Of a DNA stretch of 64,000 bases, positions 13,661 to 23,476 are shown piece by piece; positions within the stretch are counted from its first letter, which is position 1, and each line of letters opens with the position of its first letter. Below the pieces are notes generated by a model. That model did not search any database. It saw only the letters and a list, made by a program, of their open reading frames with translations, and was not told the DNA's origin. The stretch is from an uncultured Actinomycetota bacterium. GTDB taxonomy: Bacteria > Actinomycetota > Actinomycetes > S36-B12 > UBA5976. The stretch lies in assembly GCA_963784905.1 (NCBI GenBank), contig CAWATP010000033.1, positions 6,699-70,698 on the forward strand, in the 5' to 3' direction. Made by a program: the position numbers and the translations under genes.

Positions 13661-13744
13661 CGCCGGGCGCGGCACCGAAGGAACGGCATATCACTAAATG
13701 TGCGCCAAGGATCTACGTGAACGCGCGCAGGAAGGGAAGCCGGT

Positions 13745-13750
13745 TACCGT
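13745..13750 (+). promoter_or_regulatory. Candidate -10 hexamer TACCGT, 6 nt before ATG 13757
   Basis: TANNNT-N6-ATG. Confidence 0.35.
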
Positions 13751-13756
13751 AAGCGT

Positions 13757-14674
13757 ATGTCGAAGATGATCGTCGTTCCGTCATATGTGCGCGATGCCTT
13801 GCCTGCCGACTTGCCGAATGTTGTTGAGCTGGATGAAAAGGGTGACCTGCCGGAGGCGGTCCTGGCTGAGGTTGCCTTCTATGTACGTGCCTATTACGCC
13901 GGCTGGCGCGAAGGTGAACTGCTTGCTCGCATGCCCAGTCTCCAGGTGGTGCAGACGCTGACCGCTGGCGTCGACGATGTGCGTCCATTCATGCCCGCGG
14001 GCGTGACACTGTGCAACGCCGCGGGAGTGCACGACGCATCGACTTCTGAACTCGCGGTGGGCCTCATGATTGCAATGCAGCGAGGCATCCACGAATACCG
14101 CGACCGTCAGCATGAAGGTAACTGGGAGCACGAGTTCCGCCCGGCTTTGGCCGATTCGCGAGTGCTCATCATTGGCGCTGGCAATATCGCAAACGCGATC
14201 ATGCGACGACTGGCGCCGTTCGAGGTAGTTGTCGATCGCATCGGTCGCACGTCTCGTGAGGACGAACTGGGTGCCGTGCATGCGATATCTGAACTTGAGA
14301 ACTTGTTGCCGAGAGCTGACATCGTCACGCTGATCGTGCCGCTGACCAGCGATACCGAAGGAATGGTTGACGCTGAGTTCTTGGCGAGAATGAAGGACGG
14401 CGCGTTGCTAGTGAATACGGCGCGCGGCAAGGTTGTCGACACGGACGCGCTCATTGCGTCCTTGGAGTCGGGTCGCATCCGCGCCGCGCTGGACGTGACC
14501 GATCCTGAGCCCTTGCCGATGGGACATCCGCTGTGGACTGCGCCGAACTGTCTCATCACTCCGCACATCGGCGGGGACACTGCTGCATTTCTCCCGCGCG
14601 CAAAGGTGCTGGTGGCGGCTCAAGTGCGCCGCTGGCTAACTGGGGAAGCGTTGCACAACATCATCCTGAAGTGA
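13757..14674 (+). CDS. D-isomer-specific 2-hydroxyacid dehydrogenase family, NAD-binding
   Basis: Rossmann motif IIGAGNIANAI, R..VD and HIGG catalytic His region (ITPHIGGDT). Confidence 0.8.
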   Translation: MSKMIVVPSYVRDALPADLPNVVELDEKGDLPEAVLAEVAFYVRAYYAGWREGELLARMPSLQVVQTLTAGVDDVRPFMPAGVTLCNAAGVHDASTSELAVGLMIAMQRGIHEYRDRQHEGNWEHEFRPALADSRVLIIGAGNIANAIMRRLAPFEVVVDRIGRTSREDELGAVHAISELENLLPRADIVTLIVPLTSDTEGMVDAEFLARMKDGALLVNTARGKVVDTDALIASLESGRIRAALDVTDPEPLPMGHPLWTAPNCLITPHIGGDTAAFLPRAKVLVAAQVRRWLTGEALHNIILK

Positions 14675-14683
14675 CCAAGCGGG

Positions 14684-15841
14684 TTACCGCTTCAAGAGCT
14701 GTCGTGCCATCACCATGCGTTGGATTTGGTTGGTGCCTTCGTATATCTGCGTGATTTTGGCATCACGCATATACCGCTCCGCCGCGAAATCTGTGACGTA
14801 TCCAGCGCCGCCAAGAAGTTGCACGGCATCGGTTGTTACGCGCATTGCGACGTCACTTGCATGGCATTTTGCGGCTGCGCCAAAGAAGGTGAGGTCGGAG
14901 TCCTCCCGTTCGGACTTCGCGGCCGCGACGTAGATGAGTTGGCGCGCAGATTCGAGCTGCATCGCCATGTCCGCCAACATGAACTGCACCCCCTGGAACT
15001 CCGCAATGGCGCGGCCAAACTGCCGTCGTTCCTTGGTGTAGGCCAGTGCCAAGTCAAGGGCCGCCTGTGCGACACCGACAGCTTGTGCGCCGATGGTGAC
15101 GCGGGTGTGATCGAGCGTGCGAAGAGCCAGTTTGAGGCCCTCACCCTCATCGCCTATACGCCTTGTCGCGGGGATGCGGCAATTGTCGAAATAGAGCTCG
15201 CTGGTGGGTGAGCCTTTGATTCCCATCTTGTGCTCAGCGGGTCCGATGCTGAAACCCACGTCCTCCTTCTCGACGACGAAGGCCGAGATATTGGCGCCTC
15301 GACGCCCGTCCAAATCTGACACAGCGAACACTGTAAAGAGGTCGGCGACGAGGGCATTGGAGATCCAGGCCTTGTTGCCGTTCAAGATGTAGGAGTCGCC
15401 ATCGCGGATCGCTCGCGTTCGCATAGACGCAGTGTCAGATCCGGCTTCGCGCTCTGAGAGTCCATAGGCGAAGAGTTTCTCACCGCGAGCAACCGGAGCC
15501 AGGTAGGCGTCCTTGAGATGGTCCGAGCCGACAAACATGATGGGCAAAGTTCCCAGCTTGTTTACTGCAGGAATCAACGAACTGGCCATGCAGCCTCGCG
15601 CTACTTCCTCGATGACAATGCAGGTTGCCAAGGCATCGGCGCCACCGCCGTCGTAAGCCTCAGGAATGTGCGGTGCGTGGAAGCCCGACGCCACGAGGGC
15701 TGCATACGACTTGCGGGGGAAGGTGGCTGTGGCGTCCGCTTCCGCTGCATTCGGCGTCACCTTGTCCCGTACGACTTCACGAACTGCCGCGCGAAGCATC
15801 TGGTGATCCTCGGTAAGTGAGAAGAGCGGGAAGTCTGTCAT
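14684..15841 (-). CDS. Acyl-CoA dehydrogenase (short/branched-chain type)
   Basis: ACAD fold over 385 aa. C-terminal catalytic region YEGTNQIQRMVMARQLL. GAAGGA lies 8 nt upstream of the ATG. Confidence 0.9.
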   Translation of the reverse strand: MTDFPLFSLTEDHQMLRAAVREVVRDKVTPNAAEADATATFPRKSYAALVASGFHAPHIPEAYDGGGADALATCIVIEEVARGCMASSLIPAVNKLGTLPIMFVGSDHLKDAYLAPVARGEKLFAYGLSEREAGSDTASMRTRAIRDGDSYILNGNKAWISNALVADLFTVFAVSDLDGRRGANISAFVVEKEDVGFSIGPAEHKMGIKGSPTSELYFDNCRIPATRRIGDEGEGLKLALRTLDHTRVTIGAQAVGVAQAALDLALAYTKERRQFGRAIAEFQGVQFMLADMAMQLESARQLIYVAAAKSEREDSDLTFFGAAAKCHASDVAMRVTTDAVQLLGGAGYVTDFAAERYMRDAKITQIYEGTNQIQRMVMARQLLKR

Positions 15842-15853
15842 GTGACGATCCTT

Positions 15854-16693
15854 CTAGTAGGTGTGAAATCCGCGCCCGCTCTTGCGGCCAAGCAAGCCAC
15901 TCTCGACCATGCGGAGCAGTAACGGCGGTGGTGCAAACAGGGGCTCCTTGAATTCTTGGTAGAGCTGATCGGCGATGGCGGCACAGGTGTCGAGCCCGAT
16001 GAAATCTGCGAGGGCTAGTGGTCCCATTGGATGTGCACACCCTCGCACCATGCTGGTATCGATGTCACCCGCAGTCGAGTAACCCGCTTCAAGCATGCGA
16101 ATCGCGCTCATGAGATAGGGCATGAGTAGGCCATTGACGATGAACCCGGCGCGGTCGACGCTGCGCACGATGACTCGATCCAGGCGGGTCGCGAACGCGA
16201 GCGCGGCGTCGAGCGTTTGGTTGGAGGTGAGGATAGATGGCACCACTTCCACCAAGGCCATGACGGGCACGGGGTTGAAGAAATGCAGGCCGATAACCCG
16301 ATCCGGGCAGGATGTGTGGGCGGCGATCTGGGCGATTGGGATAGAACTTGTATTTGTCGCCAGAATTGTGGTGGAGCCTGCCACAAGGCGATCGAGGCGA
16401 CGGAACACTTCGCCTTTCACCTCCGCCGATTCCGACACAGCTTCCAAGATGAACTCGGCTCCGGCTAACTCGGCCCAGTCGGTCGACACGTGGATGCGGG
16501 AGCGGACGATTTCCGCAGCGCTGCGAGTGAGTTTGCCGCGCTCGACGCCTCGTGCAAGTGAGCCTTCTATACGAGTGATAGCCGCTTGCGCCGCTGCGGG
16601 GGATTGCTCAACTACGCAAGTGTCGTATCCGTGAGAGGCGCAGACTTCGGCAATACCCGCGCCCATCTGTCCGCCACCGACGATCCCTATCAA
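15854..16693 (-). CDS. 3-hydroxybutyryl-CoA / 3-hydroxyacyl-CoA dehydrogenase
   Basis: N-terminal IGIVGGGQMGAGIA Rossmann motif and a HFFNPVPVM motif. TTG start. Confidence 0.9.
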   Translation of the reverse strand: MIGIVGGGQMGAGIAEVCASHGYDTCVVEQSPAAAQAAITRIEGSLARGVERGKLTRSAAEIVRSRIHVSTDWAELAGAEFILEAVSESAEVKGEVFRRLDRLVAGSTTILATNTSSIPIAQIAAHTSCPDRVIGLHFFNPVPVMALVEVVPSILTSNQTLDAALAFATRLDRVIVRSVDRAGFIVNGLLMPYLMSAIRMLEAGYSTAGDIDTSMVRGCAHPMGPLALADFIGLDTCAAIADQLYQEFKEPLFAPPPLLLRMVESGLLGRKSGRGFHTY

Positions 16694-16859
16694 CGTGTGC
16701 CTCGATTCTGTCTACCCGTCCTTCGTACTCCATTGCCGCCTCGGCGGGAAGCCGTGGCCGTTGGGCTGCGCGAAGCGATACCTGACGGACGGCGAGCGGT
16801 ATACACGATGCGCGAAGGCCTGCCGCGGATTACTCTCAAGCTGGATGTTGCTTGGCAGC

Positions 16860-16875
16860 GTTCACCACAGTGAAC
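16860..16875. promoter_or_regulatory. Perfect palindrome GTTCAC-CACA-GTGAAC in a divergent promoter region
   Basis: 16-bp dyad about 50 bp upstream of the E1-alpha ATG (16924), between divergent operons. Confidence 0.35.
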
Positions 16876-16923
16876 TCTGCTGGCGGCATCCGGACTTCAA
16901 GCAATCCGAGAGGAACTCTTGCG

Positions 16924-18033
16924 ATGGCTCAAGATGTCACGCATACGATCGCGTCTGGTGAGGATCCATTCAGTGTGATCGGATCGGATGGCAGGCTCAT
17001 GCTGCCCTCCGCCGTGGACTTTGACCTGCCCGTAGCGGCACTCGCTCGGCGTCTGTACACCGACATGGTGCTGGCACGCCGACTCGACCTCGAGGCGTTC
17101 GCTCTGCAGCGTCAAGGGGAGCTGGCCTTGTGGCTGCTCTGCGAAGGTCAGGAAGCCGCGCAGGTCGGATCGATTCGCGCGCTGCACGACGAGGACTTCG
17201 TATTTCCCAGTTACCGCGAGCATGCGGTTGCGCTGTGCCGTGGTGTCACGCCTGCAGAATTGTTGCCGCTTTGGCGCGGTACTTCGCATGGCGGTTGGGA
17301 TCCGACCCGGCACCGGTTGCACATCTATACCTTGGTTCTTGCTACGCAAATGCTGCACGCCGTCGGCTACGCAATGGGCGTGCAGTTGGATCGTCGTCGT
17401 ACTCCAGACATAGGCAATGAGGTCGTCATGGTGTACGTCGGTGATGGGGCGATGAGTGAAGGCGATGCGAGCGAAGCACTGAACTGGGCGGCCGTGACGC
17501 AAGCGCCGGTCATCTTCTTCTGCCAGAACAACGCTTGGGCCATCTCAACGCCCAACGCCAAACAGTTCAAAGCTCCACTTCATGAGCGCGCTCGTGGTTT
17601 CGGGCTCGACGCACGGTATGTCGATGGCAACGATGCACTGGCGGTGCATCTGGTCGTAAGCGACGCCGCCAGGCGGGTTCGCGCTGGCGGTGGTCCGGTC
17701 TTCATCGAGGCTGCCACCTACCGCATTGGCGGCCACAGCACTTCCGACGATCCGCGCCGCTATCGAAGCGACAGCGAGGTTCAGTTTTGGAAGACGCTCG
17801 ACCCGGTGGCACGTTTACGACGGGTACTTGATCTCGAGGACTGGGCCGATGCGCAATTCCACGCCGAACTTGAACTTGCCGCGGATTCCCTGGGCGAGGA
17901 AGTGCGTAGCGCTTGTCTCCAACTGGAGGCTGGTTCACTCTCCACTACTTTCGCTCACACCCTGGTGCAGGAGACAGGCGAAATGGCCTTGGAGCGAAAG
18001 GCCTTTGAAGACTTCCACGGGTCGTTCGCATGA
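16924..18033 (+). CDS. 2-oxoacid (branched-chain/pyruvate) dehydrogenase E1 alpha subunit, TPP-dependent
   Basis: TPP motif GDGAMSEGD...NN. GAGAGGAA Shine-Dalgarno sequence before ATG 16924. ORF is open from 16852. Confidence 0.9.
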   Translation: MAQDVTHTIASGEDPFSVIGSDGRLMLPSAVDFDLPVAALARRLYTDMVLARRLDLEAFALQRQGELALWLLCEGQEAAQVGSIRALHDEDFVFPSYREHAVALCRGVTPAELLPLWRGTSHGGWDPTRHRLHIYTLVLATQMLHAVGYAMGVQLDRRRTPDIGNEVVMVYVGDGAMSEGDASEALNWAAVTQAPVIFFCQNNAWAISTPNAKQFKAPLHERARGFGLDARYVDGNDALAVHLVVSDAARRVRAGGGPVFIEAATYRIGGHSTSDDPRRYRSDSEVQFWKTLDPVARLRRVLDLEDWADAQFHAELELAADSLGEEVRSACLQLEAGSLSTTFAHTLVQETGEMALERKAFEDFHGSFA

Positions 18034-19010
18034 GCACCTTGAGCTTAGCGAAAGCCCTCAATGAGGCGTTGCGTTGGTCGATGACGAGCGACCCCTCAGT
18101 GCTCTTGCTGGGTGAGGATGTGGGAACGCTGGGCGGAGTGTTCCGTGTGTCCGATGGGCTTTCTGGCCAGTTCGGAGCTGATCGAGTCATGGATACGCCG
18201 GTCTCAGAGTCGGCCATTGTGGGCGCCGCTATCGGACTGGCGATGCGGGGCTACCGTCCCGTGTGCGAAATTCAGTTCGATGGATTTGTCTATCCCGCCT
18301 TTAACCAGATAGTCGGGCACCTCGCAAAGATGCGCGCACGGTCTGGAGGGCGCATAGCGCTCCCAATCACCATTCGCATTCCCGTGGGCGGTGGAATCGG
18401 AGCAATTGAGCACCACAGCGAATCGAACGAGGCGTATTTCACGCACACTGCTGGTCTGCGAGTGGTGACGTGTTCGTCTCCTCAGGACGCATACGACCTG
18501 CTTCGCGCATCGATTGCGTGTGACGATCCGGTCATCTTCTATGAGCCCAAGCGCCTGTATTGGGACAAGACTGAGATCGATTTAGCGCGGCCGCTAAGCG
18601 CGAGTTGGTTGGAGTCCGCGAACGTTCTGCGGGCCGGAACCGATGTCACGGTCATCACCTACGGATCGTCGGTTCGTGTGGCGCTTGCCGCTGCGAGTAT
18701 TGCAGAAGCAGAGGGCCGCTCACTAGAAGTCATTGATGTGCGATCACTTTCCCCGCTGGACTCGCCGACGGTTTTTGCTTCGGTGCGTAAGACCGGTCGT
18801 GTGGTGGTGTTGAACGAGGCCTCAACCCGCGGATCAATGAGCGCGGAGATTGCAGCGCAGATTGGTACTGCGTGCTTCTACTCGCTCGAGGCTCCGATTG
18901 AGCGAGTTGGCGGCTACAACATCCCGTACCCGCCATCGCGTCTAGAAGAGCAGCACCTTCCTGATGTTGATCGCCTACTTGACGCGGTCGACCGGATGTT
19001 TGAGGAGTAG
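18030..19010 (+). CDS. 2-oxoacid dehydrogenase E1 beta subunit
   Basis: Transketolase-like pyrimidine and C-terminal domains (DTPVSESAIVGAAIG). ATGA overlap with E1 alpha. Confidence 0.9.
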   Translation: MSTLSLAKALNEALRWSMTSDPSVLLLGEDVGTLGGVFRVSDGLSGQFGADRVMDTPVSESAIVGAAIGLAMRGYRPVCEIQFDGFVYPAFNQIVGHLAKMRARSGGRIALPITIRIPVGGGIGAIEHHSESNEAYFTHTAGLRVVTCSSPQDAYDLLRASIACDDPVIFYEPKRLYWDKTEIDLARPLSASWLESANVLRAGTDVTVITYGSSVRVALAAASIAEAEGRSLEVIDVRSLSPLDSPTVFASVRKTGRVVVLNEASTRGSMSAEIAAQIGTACFYSLEAPIERVGGYNIPYPPSRLEEQHLPDVDRLLDAVDRMFEE

Positions 19011-19014
19011 TGCG

Positions 19015-20283
19015 ATGACATCAAACGGTGCAGTGCGTACCTTCCGGTTGCCTGACGCAGGTGAAGGACTGACCGAAGCTGAGATCATCACTTGGCGCGT
19101 CGGGGTTGGTGACACGGTGGCTGTCAATCAGCCAATTGTCGAAATTGAGACTGCGAAGGCGGTTATCGAATTGCCTTGCCCTTATGCAGGAATCGTCACA
19201 GCTTTGCTGGTCTCCGAGGGCGATATCGTCAAAGTGGGTACCGAGATCATCAGTTTCGATACCACTGACGCGGCAAGCCCAGCGCCATCGGTACTGGTGG
19301 GTTCAGGACCACTGCCGCATCGCGCGGCACGTCGAACGCGAAACGCGCTCACATCTAGCCCTAGCGAGGAGGTACGCGTTCGGCCGCTCTCGAGTCCGCC
19401 GGTGCGGCTACTGGCGCGGCAGCTCGGGATTGACCTAGCAACGGTTCAGCCCTCGGCCAGCGACGGACGCGTTCGGCGACACGATCTGGAGCGAGTCGCC
19501 GCAACAGGCGCAGGTTCAGCCCGAGAGACTCCCAAGTTGGCCTCGCCGCAGAGCCAGCTAGGTGTCGATCCTCCGGGTTCCACTCGCCTGCCGATTCGAG
19601 GTGTGCAGCGCTTCATGGCTGATGCGATGGTACGAAGCGCATTCACTGCCCCGCATGTCACCGAATGGATATCAGTCGACGTTTCTGAGGCACTCGCGAT
19701 GCTCGATCGGACTCGCCAACTCCCCGCAGCGGCCGGACATCGACTTACGCCCATGCTCCTTGTTGCGCGAGCGCTCTTGCGGGCAGTGGCATTGCACCCG
19801 CAAGTGAACGCCAGGTGGGATGGTGAGCGCGGCGACATCCTGCAATACGCGGAGGTTAATCTGGGGATCGCGGTTGCGACCCCGCGCGGGTTACTCGTTC
19901 CCAATGTGCCGAGTGCGCAATCCCTGTCCTTCTTTGACCTCGCCGGCGCACTCACAGACCTTGTGGCTCATGCGCGTGCGGGTCAGGCGCGAGTGGACCA
20001 ACTTTCCAACGGCACCATCACCATCACGAACATCGGCGTGTTCGGCATAGATGGCGGGACACCAATCCTCAACCCGGGCGAGGCCGCCATCCTGTGCATG
20101 GGTCAGGTGCGAGATCAACCTTGGGTGGTGAATGGCGCAGTCGTTGCGCGTTCCATTATGCAACTCACCCTCTCCTTCGATCACCGACTTATTGACGGGG
20201 CCCTGGGCTCGGCCTTCCTCGCGGAAATCGCGAGTGGGCTCGAAGCGCCTCGGCTGTTGTTCGACGAAGGAGAGCAGCAATGA
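19015..20283 (+). CDS. Dihydrolipoamide acyltransferase E2
   Basis: Lipoyl motif VEIETAKAV, E3/E1-binding PPVRLLARQLGIDL and catalytic SFDHRLIDGA. ORF is open from 18964. Confidence 0.9.
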   Translation: MTSNGAVRTFRLPDAGEGLTEAEIITWRVGVGDTVAVNQPIVEIETAKAVIELPCPYAGIVTALLVSEGDIVKVGTEIISFDTTDAASPAPSVLVGSGPLPHRAARRTRNALTSSPSEEVRVRPLSSPPVRLLARQLGIDLATVQPSASDGRVRRHDLERVAATGAGSARETPKLASPQSQLGVDPPGSTRLPIRGVQRFMADAMVRSAFTAPHVTEWISVDVSEALAMLDRTRQLPAAAGHRLTPMLLVARALLRAVALHPQVNARWDGERGDILQYAEVNLGIAVATPRGLLVPNVPSAQSLSFFDLAGALTDLVAHARAGQARVDQLSNGTITITNIGVFGIDGGTPILNPGEAAILCMGQVRDQPWVVNGAVVARSIMQLTLSFDHRLIDGALGSAFLAEIASGLEAPRLLFDEGEQQ

Positions 20284-23200
20284 AGGCCCTGCATGTGCCA
20301 AGTCGACCGATCCGAGTGCTCACTGCGGCAGCCCTTTTTGATGGTCATGATGCGGCGATCAACATCATTCGACGGATTCTGCAGGGACAAGGCGCCGAAG
20401 TTATTCACCTCGGTCACAACCGCAGTGTCCAGGAAATCGTCACGGCCTGCCTGCAGGAGGACGTCGACGCAGTTGCAGTCAGTTCCTATCAGGGTGGCCA
20501 TATAGAGTTCTTTACGTACCTTGTCTCCAGCTTGCGAGATCAGGGGTTGCAGCGGGTGCGCGTCTATGGAGGCGGTGGAGGCACCATCGTCGAAGATGAA
20601 GTCACGCATTTGGAGCGGCTCGGCGTGGCCCACATCTTCACTCCACAGGACGGTCAGCAACTAGGACTCGCCGCGATGGTGAACACGATTATCCGCGAGT
20701 GCGATGTGCCGCTGCCGACTGCTTCGACTCGACTCGAGGAGTTGGCCAATGGCGATGTTGGGGCTCTAGCAGCAGTCATTACGGATCTTGAGCGAGGAGC
20801 GCTTGATCCACTTGCGCTGCTTGACGCAGTCACGGAATCTTCGGGTGTCGTCCTTGGCATTACCGGCACTGGCGGTGCCGGTAAGTCTTCGCTCTCTGAC
20901 GAGTTGTTGCGCCGGCTCGTCATAGATCAAGACGATTCTGTGCGCGTAGCAGTGCTTGCTATTGATCCCACACGGCGGAAAGCTGGCGGTGCTCTGCTGG
21001 GGGATCGCATCCGTATGAACTCGCTGGCCGATGGGCGCGTGTTCTTTCGCTCCCTGGCCACGCGCGGCAGCCCGAACGAGGTGCCGCAATCAATGCGTTC
21101 GATCATCGCGGCGTGCAAGTTGGCCGGCTTCAATTTGATTGTCGTCGAGACTCCTGGCATTGGGCAAGGAGATTCGGGCATCGTCGATATGGTCGATCTG
21201 TCGCTCTATGTGATGACCTCCGATTTCGGAGCCGCGTCGCAATTGGAAAAGATCGACATGCTCGACTTTGCAGACGTTGTGGCTATCAACAAGTTCGAAC
21301 GGCGAGGCTCTGAAGACGCTCGCAGAGAAGTGGCGCGACAACTGTTGCGCAATCGCCACGAATTTCATGCGGAATGGGAAGACATGCCGGTGTTCGGCAC
21401 CTCCGCAGCGAGTTTTGATGACGACGGCGTAACCGCGCTGTACCAGTTCTTGCGCCAGTCCTTGGCTGCGAGGGGGTTGTCGGTTCAGCCCGGAAGACTG
21501 GCCACCATCGAAGGCAAGGTATCGACTGGACTATGGAACCCCATACCTGCGGAGCGCGTTCGCTACCTTGCTGAGATTGCCGACTGTGTCCGCAATTACC
21601 ATCAGCGCACCAATGAACTCGTTGCGCTGGTACGTGAGCGCGACCTGTATTCGCAAGCGGCAGCTGTGCTACCCGCGAACGATGCGGTGTTGGGGAGTCT
21701 TGCAGCCGTCCGTGATGCTGCAGAACTAGCCATCGATGATGTCACGAAACAAGCGCTGGCTGCGTGGCCCGCTACTGTCGAGCGCTACTCGGAGCGGCGA
21801 CGCATGAGTCTTTCGGGCAGTGCGATTCCCCGCGTTGCTTTGCCGTCAATCGACGAAGGAGCGGCGCTGCTCCGTTTTCTACGGCGCGAGAACCTTCCTG
21901 GCGCTTTTCCGTTCACCGCAGGAGTGTTCCCCTTCAAGCGCGAGGATGAGGACCTGACGCGGATGTTTGCCGGTGAGGGCGACGCAGTGCGAACGAACCG
22001 ACGCTTCCACCTGCTCTCCCAAGGTCAGCCTGCGACCCGGCTTTCCACTGCGTTCGACTCGGTAACGCTATATGGCCGTGACCCCGATCTCCGCCCCGAC
22101 ATCTACGGCAAGGTCGGCACGTCCGGAGTCTCTATTGCGACTCTTGAGGATATGCGGCTGCTCTTCGCTGGTTTCGATCTGTGCTCACCTAGCACGTCGG
22201 TATCGATGACGATCAATGGCCCTGCACCGACGATATTGGCGTTCTTCCTCAACGCGGCCATCGATCAGCAGGTGGAGAAGTTCGTGGAGCGAGAAGGGCG
22301 CCACCCCGGGCCGCACGAACGTGCGGCCCTGGAAGCCTTCACGTTCGCCAATGTACGTGGCACGGTGCAGGCCGACATCCTCAAAGAGGACCAGGGACAA
22401 AACACTTGCCTGTTCTCGACGGAGTTCTCGCTGCGCATGATGGCGGATGTAGAGAAGTGGTTCATCGAGCATGCTGTGCGCAGGTTCTACTCGGTTTCGA
22501 TTTCGGGGTATCACATTGCGGAAGCCGGTGCGAACCCGATTAGTCAGTTGGCATTTACCTTGGCCAACGCCTTCACTTACGTCGAGCTCTACCGCGCCCG
22601 TGGCATGCAAGTGGATGACTTTGCGCCGAACCTCTCGTTCTTCTTCTCCAATGGCATGGATGCGGAATACACCGTGCTCGGTCGAGTCGCGCGCCGCATT
22701 TGGGCTATCGCCATGCGCGACTGCTACGGCGCTAATGAGCGCGCCCAGAAACTGAAGTACCACGTGCAAACGTCAGGTCGATCACTGCATGCCCAAGAGA
22801 TGTCATTCAACGACATACGCACGACCTTGCAAGCGCTGAACGCGGTATACGACAACGCAAACTCCCTGCATACCAACGCTTTTGATGAGGCTGTCACTAC
22901 TCCGACAGCGGAGTCGGTTCGCCGAGCACTGGCCATCCAGCTCATCATTAATCGCGAATGGGGGTTGGCGATGAACGAAAATCCATTGCAGGGCTCATTC
23001 GTGGTTGATCAACTAACGGACTTGGTTGAAGCCGCGGTGCTTGCAGAATTTGATCGACTTACGGAGCGCGGCGGTGTACTCGGCGCTATGGAAACCGGGT
23101 ACCAGCGGGGGCGCATTCAGGACGAGTCCATGCGTTATGAGCAGGGCAAACATGATGGCACGTTGCCGATTATCGGTGTCAACACCTTTCTGGCTCCAAT

Positions 23201-23459
23201 GTCCAAGGGCGGCTCACCTCCGCACTTCGAACTCGCGCGAGGCACCGCGGAAGAGAAAGCGTCACAGTTGGCGCGGCTGAGCCGATTCCACCACGACAAC
23301 GCCGCTGAGTCGCAGATTGCAATTCAACGATTGCAGGCCTCCGCGGCGCGAGGCGAGAACTTGTTCGATGAACTCATGCACGCGGCGCGCGTGTGCTCAC
23401 TCGGTCAACTCACTGAAGCGTTCTTTGCCATGGGCGGGCAATACCGGCGCAACGTTTGA
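20280..23459 (+). CDS. icmF: Fused isobutyryl-CoA mutase (B12 domain + MeaB-like GTPase + mutase barrel)
   Basis: N-terminal B12-binding DGHD...GHN, P-loop GITGTGGAGKSSL and a C-terminal methylmalonyl-CoA-mutase-like catalytic domain. 1059 aa. ATGA overlap with E2. Confidence 0.9.
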   Translation: MKALHVPSRPIRVLTAAALFDGHDAAINIIRRILQGQGAEVIHLGHNRSVQEIVTACLQEDVDAVAVSSYQGGHIEFFTYLVSSLRDQGLQRVRVYGGGGGTIVEDEVTHLERLGVAHIFTPQDGQQLGLAAMVNTIIRECDVPLPTASTRLEELANGDVGALAAVITDLERGALDPLALLDAVTESSGVVLGITGTGGAGKSSLSDELLRRLVIDQDDSVRVAVLAIDPTRRKAGGALLGDRIRMNSLADGRVFFRSLATRGSPNEVPQSMRSIIAACKLAGFNLIVVETPGIGQGDSGIVDMVDLSLYVMTSDFGAASQLEKIDMLDFADVVAINKFERRGSEDARREVARQLLRNRHEFHAEWEDMPVFGTSAASFDDDGVTALYQFLRQSLAARGLSVQPGRLATIEGKVSTGLWNPIPAERVRYLAEIADCVRNYHQRTNELVALVRERDLYSQAAAVLPANDAVLGSLAAVRDAAELAIDDVTKQALAAWPATVERYSERRRMSLSGSAIPRVALPSIDEGAALLRFLRRENLPGAFPFTAGVFPFKREDEDLTRMFAGEGDAVRTNRRFHLLSQGQPATRLSTAFDSVTLYGRDPDLRPDIYGKVGTSGVSIATLEDMRLLFAGFDLCSPSTSVSMTINGPAPTILAFFLNAAIDQQVEKFVEREGRHPGPHERAALEAFTFANVRGTVQADILKEDQGQNTCLFSTEFSLRMMADVEKWFIEHAVRRFYSVSISGYHIAEAGANPISQLAFTLANAFTYVELYRARGMQVDDFAPNLSFFFSNGMDAEYTVLGRVARRIWAIAMRDCYGANERAQKLKYHVQTSGRSLHAQEMSFNDIRTTLQALNAVYDNANSLHTNAFDEAVTTPTAESVRRALAIQLIINREWGLAMNENPLQGSFVVDQLTDLVEAAVLAEFDRLTERGGVLGAMETGYQRGRIQDESMRYEQGKHDGTLPIIGVNTFLAPMSKGGSPPHFELARGTAEEKASQLARLSRFHHDNAAESQIAIQRLQASAARGENLFDELMHAARVCSLGQLTEAFFAMGGQYRRNV

Positions 23460-23476
23460 CCGCAATCAGGCGCGCC

